The notes under the pieces are model-generated. The model was not told where the DNA came from. It did no database searches and was given only the letters and a program-made list of their open reading frames with translations. Below are positions 7,877 through 14,038 of a stretch of DNA of 51,064 bases, piece after piece (the stretch's first letter is position 1; each line of letters begins with the position of its first letter). Made by a program: the position numbers and the translations under genes. The DNA is from Chloroflexota bacterium (GTDB lineage: Bacteria; Chloroflexota; DTOL01; DAOUCN01): positions 1 through 51,064 of the forward strand of contig DAOUCN010000125.1 of NCBI GenBank assembly GCA_034431995.1. Reading direction: 5' to 3'.

Positions 7877-7919
7877 TCCGTATACTGCTCTCTCCGTATA
7901 CTGGACGATCCGTATACTG
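7877..7919. promoter_or_regulatory. Three direct repeats of TCCGTATACTG with 16-bp periodicity (operator-like array)
   Basis: Copies at 7877-7887, 7893-7903 and 7909-7919. Located in the divergent intergenic region, between element copy b and the first leftward gene. Confidence 0.6.
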
Positions 7920-7926
7920 GCAAGAC

Positions 7927-7966
7927 CCTTCGCGCTTCGCGCTCAGGGGGCCTGGGGTTTGGGCTC
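7927..7966 (-). repeat. Dispersed bipartite element, copy b (head of the leftward block)
   Basis: Minus-strand reading GAGCCCAAACCCCAGGCCCCCTGAGCGCGAAGCGCGAAGG; hairpin GCGC-GAA-GCGC. Confidence 0.85.
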
Positions 7967-8040
7967 CTCTCTCTCTCTCTCTCTCTAATATGTATATGTG
8001 TTGTGTGTGTGTGTGTGTGTGTGTGTGGAGAGAGAGAGAG
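7967..8040. repeat. Microsatellite cluster: (CT)10 7967-7986, alternating AT/GT stretch, (TG)13 8002-8027, (GA)6 8028-8040
   Basis: Read directly. The (CT) and (GA) runs are mutually complementary, so they form inverted-repeat arms around the TG tract. Confidence 0.95.
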
Positions 8041-8085
8041 GGAGGTCCCCGGCCCCCTACTTGCACAGGGGGGCTGAATTAAAGG

Positions 8086-8110
8086 ATGTATACGCGCACG
8101 CGCACGCGCG
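8086..8110. repeat. 25-nt strictly alternating purine-pyrimidine tract (ATGTATACGCGCACGCGCACGCGCG)
   Basis: Read directly. Includes a degenerate GTATACG operator-like core and 2.5 units of CGCGCA. Confidence 0.85.
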
Positions 8111-8197
8111 GTCGTCATTATTCGCGGCGCGGCGTTGCGGCGCAACGGTTGAATAATTCCCGGCGGTCGCCGTCTATGGGCGCAGGAGGATCGTTTA

Positions 8198-8458
8198 ATG
8201 TACGGCGGATTCGAGTGTCCCGAGTGTGGATCGCACGAGCACACGGTCGTGGAGGAGGGTCCGAGCGCCAACTGCCTCGCGCATCTGAAGGAACAAATCC
8301 GACTGCTGAGGGTCACGCGCACCGCGACGCCGCTCGCGTATGCGGACGCGGTTCTTCTAATGTTGCGCGCCCTCCGCACCGGACCGTCCGCGTCGGCCAT
8401 CGTCGAGCGGTTGAATAAACGCGGCGTGTTCTTCGTCCGAGTTGACAAGCCGGGTTGA
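8198..8458 (+). CDS. Small hypothetical protein with an N-terminal CPEC..H.H motif (86 aa)
   Basis: ORF track; ATG preceded by AGGAGGA. First gene of the rightward block. Confidence 0.7.
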   Translation: MYGGFECPECGSHEHTVVEEGPSANCLAHLKEQIRLLRVTRTATPLAYADAVLLMLRALRTGPSASAIVERLNKRGVFFVRVDKPG

Positions 8459-8492
8459 GTCGGCTAACATTACAAGCGAAAGGAGAGAGGTC

Positions 8493-8864
8493 ATGCCCCG
8501 CACCGCAATTCGGAAGCGGCTCTATGGCGTCACGCAGACGCAGTTGGAAGAGGTCTATCAGCTGCGTGAGCAGGCCAAGGAGCTCAAGGCTCATCTTCGG
8601 GTGATCGAGGAGCTCAAGGCTCATCTTCGGGTGATCGAGGATCTCGTAGGAGAGCGAGAGGAGATGATCGTGGATCTCCTCACACACGAGGCATCGGTCG
8701 AGCCCGGCCCCATCACCCCAAACCCCCGCGAGGAGGCTCGTCGGGCACCCAAGTGGAAGGAGGCGTACATCGAGGCATTGGGATTCGAGGCAGCACAGAA
8801 GGTGATCGAAGCCACGAAGCCGCATGTGCGCGTCGTGCTCGATCTGATTCGTACCCACAACTAA
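8493..8864 (+). CDS. Coiled-coil-like hypothetical protein (123 aa) carrying an in-frame 10-codon tandem duplication
   Basis: ORF 8442..8864 trimmed to the ATG at 8493 behind AAAGGAGAGAGG. ELKAHLRVIE occurs twice in tandem. Confidence 0.7.
   Translation: MPRTAIRKRLYGVTQTQLEEVYQLREQAKELKAHLRVIEELKAHLRVIEDLVGEREEMIVDLLTHEASVEPGPITPNPREEARRAPKWKEAYIEALGFEAAQKVIEATKPHVRVVLDLIRTHN
8581..8640 (+). repeat. Perfect 2 x 30-bp tandem duplication inside a CDS
   Basis: AGCTCAAGGCTCATCTTCGGGTGATCGAGG at 8581-8610 and again at 8611-8640. Confidence 0.95.
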
Positions 8865-8878
8865 GAAGGAGATACCCC

Positions 8879-9265
8879 ATGAGTTCTGCTACCAAGAACG
8901 CTGCGATTCTGCTCGCCTACTACAAGCGCGTCGGCCTGGCCTCCAGCGCCGTCGGCATCACCGACCCGACGTTCCGTCGTGCCCTACGCGGCAAGCCCGT
9001 GCGCTGGGGAACGACGACGGCCCTGAGTCGTGCTGTGGCTGCCCTGACGCCTCGAGAAGAGATCAGCAAACGCCTGACAAAGGCCCAGACCAAGCTCAAC
9101 CGCAAACACCAGACCAGTATGGCGACCTTCCTGCCCGACATCCAGTGGGGGATGGGAAGCATCGTCCGCAAGAACACAGTGACGGTCGAAGAACTCCTGG
9201 CCCTGCGCGACCAGATCCTCGACGTGGCTGCGCGCCTCAATGGCCAGAGCCAGGCTGCAGCGTAA
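8879..9265 (+). CDS. Hypothetical protein (128 aa); DNA-binding role is only a weak guess
   Basis: ORF 8753..9265 trimmed to the ATG at 8879 behind GAAGGAGA. Confidence 0.6.
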   Translation: MSSATKNAAILLAYYKRVGLASSAVGITDPTFRRALRGKPVRWGTTTALSRAVAALTPREEISKRLTKAQTKLNRKHQTSMATFLPDIQWGMGSIVRKNTVTVEELLALRDQILDVAARLNGQSQAAA

Positions 9266-9557
9266 GCGGGCCATCATCGGCGGCCAGACCCTGACACTCT
9301 ACAGTCCGGACGGGAAGCTGTGGGTCTCGAACCCGCGTGACCTTCCCGCCATCCTTGCGAGATTCGACGCCCGTATGCGAGGCGAAGGCGACTGGACGGG
9401 CGCCTCTAAGGACGCAGACCACAGGAGAGAACCATGCCTGCCCAACGATCACCCAACACCGCTGACCCATCGGCCGTTCGCCGCGATGCCCTCGGTCAGC
9501 TTGAACAGATCGAGATGGCCCTCGCGGCGGCGCTCGACCAACTCTCACGAGGCCTGA
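9240..9557 (+). CDS. Hypothetical ORF (105 aa); 3' third overlaps the next gene out of frame
   Basis: ORF track. The first ~65 codons look protein-like. The rest overlaps 9434..9622 by 124 nt. Confidence 0.35.
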   Translation: MARARLQRKRAIIGGQTLTLYSPDGKLWVSNPRDLPAILARFDARMRGEGDWTGASKDADHRREPCLPNDHPTPLTHRPFAAMPSVSLNRSRWPSRRRSTNSHEA

Positions 9558-9622
9558 ACCTGGCGCTGTATCAGGTTCGCCGGATGCGGATGGCGCAGGA
9601 GCAAGAAGATGCCGAAAGCTGA
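9434..9622 (+). CDS. Hypothetical protein (62 aa)
   Basis: ORF track; ATG behind CAGGAGAGAACC. Confidence 0.6.
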   Translation: MPAQRSPNTADPSAVRRDALGQLEQIEMALAAALDQLSRGLNLALYQVRRMRMAQEQEDAES

Positions 9623-9806
9623 GAACGTGTATGTGCCGTACATGACACGTCGCATGCGAAAGGACTTGCGAGATCGCATTCGACTCATGTCGGCACGCCG
9701 GAAGGCGGGCGGGCTGCCGATGGACCGCATGGAAGACGTGTTCAACCAAGCGATCGCGATCGGCCTCGCTCTCCTGGAGAAGCGCGAAACAGAGGGGCAA
9801 CGGTAA
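9609..9806 (+). CDS. Hypothetical basic protein (65 aa)
   Basis: ORF track; overlaps its neighbours by a few nt in operon style. Confidence 0.6.
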   Translation: MPKAENVYVPYMTRRMRKDLRDRIRLMSARRKAGGLPMDRMEDVFNQAIAIGLALLEKRETEGQR

Positions 9807-10759
9807 TGCTCGGACCAAACGGAGAGCTCTACCTTGACAACAGCATGGCGAGTGCCTTGGCAACGTGCGACACCAAGGCCTTCCTGCGCTACGTCCACGG
9901 CTACACCACCGAAGGGGAGCAGGCCGTCCTCCACAGCGGCACCGCTGGGCATGAGGCCCTGGCGGTGTACTTCCAGACCGGCGACCGCGAGGCGGCGTTG
10001 GACAAGCTGGACGCCATGTACAAGGACTTCTCGAAGAAGTACGTCCCGGAGGGCGACCGCCTGTGCTGGCGCAACGTCCGGGACATCGTGGATGCATGGA
10101 TCACCAGCCGGCACGGCAAGCTACCGTTCCGTGTCAGCAGTCCAGACCGCATTGAGATCGGCTTCGCCTGCCCGGTGGACGAGGCAGGCTCGGTCATCCT
10201 GACCGGGCGCATGGATCTCCAGGCCGAGAGCCTGCACGATGGGTCGGCCATCGTCATCGACCACAAGTTCACTGGGCGCATCAACCCCGTCTGGACGCGC
10301 AAGTGGAAGCTGGACAGCCAGATGTCCGGCTACCTGTTCGCCGCGCAGTCCTACTTTCCTGATGTGACGGGCTGCTACATCAACGCCATCGAGCTCTCGA
10401 AGCTGCCAAGCGCGGAGAACCGCAAGTGTCGCCTGCATGCCGTGGCCTACAGCGAGTGCCGGATGCACCACCTGAACGCCCAGATCATCGGGCCGATCCA
10501 GCGCAGTGAGGAAGCCATCGAGAACTGGCGGCACACGTTCCTCGCGCTGGCCGACAAGTACCGGCGGATGCTCAAGGCCTACCCAGACCTAAACGCCCTG
10601 CCCCGCGTGCGGATGCAGGGGATGTTCAGCAACAGCTGCACCTACTGCGACCTCCAAGAGTTCTGTGCCTTCGGGCGCCCGCTGCGGAACCTGAAGGGGA
10701 TGCTCGTCCACAAGCCGTGGAAGCCCTACGAGGTCGCCTTCGACAAGGAGAACGCATGA
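9806..10759 (+). CDS. PD-(D/E)XK RecB/Cas4-family exonuclease with a C-terminal Cys cluster (317 aa)
   Basis: GRMDL...VIDHKF (D...D-x-K core), SQMSGYLF (Q-x3-Y motif), and cysteines C..C plus CTYCDLQEFC near the C-terminus, as in Cas4-like Fe-S nucleases. Confidence 0.75.
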   Translation: MLGPNGELYLDNSMASALATCDTKAFLRYVHGYTTEGEQAVLHSGTAGHEALAVYFQTGDREAALDKLDAMYKDFSKKYVPEGDRLCWRNVRDIVDAWITSRHGKLPFRVSSPDRIEIGFACPVDEAGSVILTGRMDLQAESLHDGSAIVIDHKFTGRINPVWTRKWKLDSQMSGYLFAAQSYFPDVTGCYINAIELSKLPSAENRKCRLHAVAYSECRMHHLNAQIIGPIQRSEEAIENWRHTFLALADKYRRMLKAYPDLNALPRVRMQGMFSNSCTYCDLQEFCAFGRPLRNLKGMLVHKPWKPYEVAFDKENA

Positions 10760-10983
10760 CTGACCAATACATCAAAGGCACGCAAACCGACCGGCCCATC
10801 GCTCCGTCCGGACAGGTGTTCATCTGCGGGGCCTGCGGAAAGCGGTCGCGGGACATCTACGGGGATCAGGCCATCGACCAGGGCTGGGACTCCTCGTGCT
10901 TCATCAACTCGCACCTGATGCCGGAGGACGAGGCTCAGCGACTGCACGAGCAAATGCGCCCGAACCGTCCATCCCTCACATGA
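10756..10983 (+). CDS. Hypothetical protein (75 aa)
   Basis: ORF 10717..10983 trimmed to the ATG at 10756 (ATGA overlap with the nuclease stop). Confidence 0.6.
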   Translation: MTDQYIKGTQTDRPIAPSGQVFICGACGKRSRDIYGDQAIDQGWDSSCFINSHLMPEDEAQRLHEQMRPNRPSLT

Positions 10984-11177
10984 AACTCGTGATTGACGCC
11001 GCGAAGCTGGCCCATGACACCGAGACCGTCGTCGTGGCCTTCGTGAAGATCAACGACAAGCACTCGGGAACGCTGCTGTTCTCGTCCATCGACGAAGCGT
11101 CGGAGTTCATCGGACTGCTGCGACTCGCCATTGAGGAGTCCCTGCCCGAGCACGACCTCGTGGTCTTCCACTCGTAG
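10980..11177 (+). CDS. Hypothetical protein (65 aa)
   Basis: ORF 10896..11177 trimmed to the ATG at 10980 (ATGA overlap with the upstream stop). Confidence 0.6.
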   Translation: MKLVIDAAKLAHDTETVVVAFVKINDKHSGTLLFSSIDEASEFIGLLRLAIEESLPEHDLVVFHS

Positions 11178-11213
11178 CCCAAACCCCAAGCCCGCTGAGG
11201 GCGAAGCCCGAAG
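11177..11213 (+). repeat. Dispersed bipartite element, copy m
   Basis: GCCCAAACCCCAAGCCCGCTGAGGGCGAAGCCCGAAG; hairpin GGGC-GAA-GCCC. Followed by AAAGGAG and the ATG at 11228. Confidence 0.85.
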
Positions 11214-11227
11214 CGAAAGGAGAACCG

Positions 11228-11434
11228 ATGGAGTACCTATTCGACGCCGGCCTCGCCGGGGCCGTCATCTACCTGATCTGGTGCGTGTGGGAGGCCTCAG
11301 AGACCGATCAGACACGCTGGACTACGCAGCAGCAGATCAACACGCGGCTGATCGACGTCACGCAGTCCCTCGCCAAGAGCGTCCACCAGTACGACATCTT
11401 GCGTGAGGCGCGGTCGCGGAACCTCAACATCTAG
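11228..11434 (+). CDS. Small membrane protein (68 aa)
   Basis: ORF track; hydrophobic segment AGLAGAVIYLIWCVW; RBS AAAGGAG. Confidence 0.6.
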   Translation: MEYLFDAGLAGAVIYLIWCVWEASETDQTRWTTQQQINTRLIDVTQSLAKSVHQYDILREARSRNLNI

Positions 11435-11476
11435 TGGCTTGCGGCACTCCGACGCACCGCGTAGAAAGGACCCTTC

Positions 11477-12289
11477 ATGCCAGCCAAGAAGAAAGAGAAG
11501 CCCTCCACCCGACCACCAATCAACCTCGGACTGATGGGGGAAGCAGGCGCAGGGAAGTCCTCCTGTGCTGACACGTTCCCCGGTCCGAAGATCATCCTGG
11601 CCTTTGACTCGCGGTCCAAGATGACTCCCTATCTACGCGGGTACAAAGTCGCAGAGGAGGATGTCGATGGTGTAACTGTCCTGACCGCCACCCACAACGG
11701 AGAAGTCGTCAACATCGTTGAGCTCTACCACAACAGCGACGCCGACACGCCGGACGCCTGGAACAAGTTCCGCCGTCGTCTGCGGCACCTGATGACGGAC
11801 ATCCGCGAGTGGGGCATCCAGTCGGTCGTCTTCGACAGCGCCACGTTCGCCGGCCTGGCGGCTCGCAAGTACAGCGAGTACATGCTGAACAAGACGGGGC
11901 AGCCGAAGGACCACTGGATGTACGTCACCGACCAGCTGGAGGACGTCCTGTTCAACCGGCTGGCCAACCTGCCCTCGCTCGGCGTGAACTTCGTCTGCAC
12001 GTTCCATGTGGACGAGGACAAGGACGAGTCGCAGGGCCTGATCGTGCGGAACGCTCTGATGCCGGGACGCCTGCGGAAGCAGACGCCCTCCCTGTTCGGG
12101 GAGTTCTACCGCTGCTTCGTGCAGCGCGAGGGCGCCACGACCAAGGAGCGGGCGAAGGCTGAGCCGGAGTACCTGCTGCAGACGCGCCCGAACGAGCAGT
12201 ACAATGCCGCCACGCAGCTACAGCCACCTGACCCGTGCCCGGCCAACTACGAGGCGCTGTGGTCCAACTATGAACAAGGAGGAGAATGA
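11477..12289 (+). CDS. AAA_24 / Sak4-like RecA-family ATPase (270 aa)
   Basis: Walker A GEAGAGKS, Walker-B-like VVFDSA, and its position directly upstream of a DUF669-like gene. Confidence 0.7.
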   Translation: MPAKKKEKPSTRPPINLGLMGEAGAGKSSCADTFPGPKIILAFDSRSKMTPYLRGYKVAEEDVDGVTVLTATHNGEVVNIVELYHNSDADTPDAWNKFRRRLRHLMTDIREWGIQSVVFDSATFAGLAARKYSEYMLNKTGQPKDHWMYVTDQLEDVLFNRLANLPSLGVNFVCTFHVDEDKDESQGLIVRNALMPGRLRKQTPSLFGEFYRCFVQREGATTKERAKAEPEYLLQTRPNEQYNAATQLQPPDPCPANYEALWSNYEQGGE

Positions 12290-12471
12290 GTAGCCTGAGA
12301 ATGCTCGCGGCCCAGGTGATGCTGGGACAAGAAGTCTTCGACGCCTGGAAGGCCTGGCAGCGGGGCGACACGACCGAGGCTCAGCTGCTGGAAGAACTCA
12401 ACCAGTCGGTGTTGGTCTACATCGACTCAACCAAGGAGCAACCAAATGGGAATCAAGGTTCCGTGGGGTGA
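12286..12471 (+). CDS. Hypothetical protein (61 aa)
   Basis: ORF track; ATGA overlap with the upstream stop. Confidence 0.5.
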   Translation: MSSLRMLAAQVMLGQEVFDAWKAWQRGDTTEAQLLEELNQSVLVYIDSTKEQPNGNQGSVG

Positions 12472-13114
12472 CATCCCCGACTTCTCGATGCTGCCGAAGG
12501 GCATCTACCTGCTCGCCATCAGGGCGCTGGAGCCCTACAACAAGGAGGAGAACAACAAGCTGATCGTCAAGGCGACCTTCGAGGCCGTCGAGCCGAGCGA
12601 GTACGCGGGCATGACGTTCCGCGAGTACCTGGTCATCGGCTCGGACGAGGACCCGGAAGCTGAGGATCCGGAGACGTGGAAGCGCACGTCAGGCTCGCGC
12701 AAGCTGGCGCGCATCCTCCGCAAGGCCAACGTGGACTTCTCGGATGATCTGGAGGACACTTGCGAGGTCGCCCAGAACGCCGAGTTCGCGGCCCTGGTCG
12801 AGGTCGAGGAGCAGCAGGAAGGCGCGTATGCGGGCCGCAAGAACAACCGCATCGGCCAGATCTACGAGGCGGGAACGGTCGAGCCCTCCATCCTGGAGGA
12901 AGGCGTGAAGCGTCCGGCTGCCAAGAAGCCGGCCCCGGCCCCGGTCCGTGCAGTGGCGAAGCCGGCCCCCAAGCTGGCGGCGCGTCCGTCCCGCATGGTG
13001 AACCCGGCGCCGCCTGCCGAGGAGGAAGAGGTCGAGGTGGTCGAGGAGGAAGAGGTCCAGGAGGAGCCCCGTCGGGTAGCCCGCCCTCCCGTGGGCGGAC
13101 GCGCGCGTCGGTAA
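12446..13114 (+). CDS. DUF669-like putative ssDNA-binding protein with a Pro/Ala/Lys-rich and acidic tail (222 aa)
   Basis: N-terminal pattern LPKGIYLLAI...KLIVKATFEAVE resembles DUF669. The Sak4 plus DUF669 pairing is typical of phages. RBS AAGGAG. Confidence 0.55.
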   Translation: MGIKVPWGDIPDFSMLPKGIYLLAIRALEPYNKEENNKLIVKATFEAVEPSEYAGMTFREYLVIGSDEDPEAEDPETWKRTSGSRKLARILRKANVDFSDDLEDTCEVAQNAEFAALVEVEEQQEGAYAGRKNNRIGQIYEAGTVEPSILEEGVKRPAAKKPAPAPVRAVAKPAPKLAARPSRMVNPAPPAEEEEVEVVEEEEVQEEPRRVARPPVGGRARR

Positions 13115-13274
13115 AGCGTCCGCCCAAAGTCGAGCTGATCCCGTGCTGCCTCTGCGAACAAGAGGGACGTGTCGAGGGGGTCCCGCGCGAGCGGTACATC
13201 GAACACGTTGCACAGCACGAGCGTCAGCGCTACACTGATTAGGCGCTGGCTGACCTCCCCAGCGTGCTGTTCAG

Positions 13275-13324
13275 GAGACCCCAGGGGACTTTCCTCCTTT
13301 CACCCCTGGGGTCTCTCTGTTTGG
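13275..13324 (+). terminator. Strong stem-loop plus T-rich tail (intrinsic-terminator-like) inside the rightward block
   Basis: Perfect 13-bp stem GAGACCCCAGGGG (13275-13287) / CCCCTGGGGTCTC (13303-13315), 15-nt loop, then TCTGTTTGG. Confidence 0.6.
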
Positions 13325-13331
13325 AGGACCC

Positions 13332-13760
13332 ATGTCTGCTGACGATGGCTTGGTTCACTACCCGTCTGGCGCCACCCGGAGCGCCGACGCTGACGACTTC
13401 CGCTACGATCTCCTGCCCCTCTGCGCGCTCGCCCGGTGGGCGCAGCGCATGGGGCACGGTGCCAAGACGCACGGCGATCACAACTGGAAGAAAGGCTTCC
13501 CGGCTGGCGTCATCGAGAACCACCTGATGCGCCACCTAGTCATGTGGATGGAAGGCGACCGGAGCGACGACCACCTGGCAGCGATCATGTGCAACGTCGC
13601 CTTCCTGATACACTTCGAGGAGACCACGAAGCCGACTCGCGCTCCACAGATCCCGTCTCCGCGCTGCCCAATGGTGTACAGTCCCGATCCCGAGGGGCCT
13701 CTTCAGTATTGCGTCAAGTACGATGGACATACTGACGAGCATGCGTGGGGGAAGCCATGA
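13332..13760 (+). CDS. DUF5664-like protein (dATP/dGTP diphosphohydrolase N-terminal domain type, MazG-like all-alpha) (142 aa)
   Basis: RYDLLPLCALARWAQRMGHGAKTHGDHNWKKG....HLMRHLVMWMEGD..DDHLAAIMCNVAFL follows the family pattern (LLP..AL...GA.KYG..NW.KG...RH...W..G...D.L.H...N..FL) as I recall it. Confidence 0.6.
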   Translation: MSADDGLVHYPSGATRSADADDFRYDLLPLCALARWAQRMGHGAKTHGDHNWKKGFPAGVIENHLMRHLVMWMEGDRSDDHLAAIMCNVAFLIHFEETTKPTRAPQIPSPRCPMVYSPDPEGPLQYCVKYDGHTDEHAWGKP

Positions 13761-14038
13761 GCGGCCGGAACGAGGTCCGTCAGGCGGGCATCATCTTCAC
13801 CGAGGACGAGATCAACCTGCTGCTCGACTGTGTGAAGCACCGCATGACGAAGATGCAACGCATGTCCCGCTGGCACCGACTCACGCAGAACCTGGTCAAC
13901 TCCCACGAGTACGTCCGTCTGCTCAAGCTGCGGACCATGCTATCGCTCGGGCTGGTCAGTAGCCAATTGGCTAAATCTCCGCTCGGCGTTCCGCCTCGCG
14001 GGGCTCGGGGTTTGAGCTCCCCACCGGAGGACGCATGA
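13757..14038 (+). CDS. Hypothetical protein (93 aa)
   Basis: ORF 13745..14038 trimmed to the ATG at 13757 (ATGA overlap). Its 3' end runs through element copy c. Confidence 0.55.
   Translation: MSGRNEVRQAGIIFTEDEINLLLDCVKHRMTKMQRMSRWHRLTQNLVNSHEYVRLLKLRTMLSLGLVSSQLAKSPLGVPPRGARGLSSPPEDA
13982..14020 (-). repeat. Dispersed bipartite element, copy c (inverted relative to local transcription)
   Basis: Minus-strand reading GGAGCTCAAACCCCGAGCCCCGCGAGGCGGAACGCCGAG; hairpin GGCG-GAA-CGCC. Confidence 0.85.
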
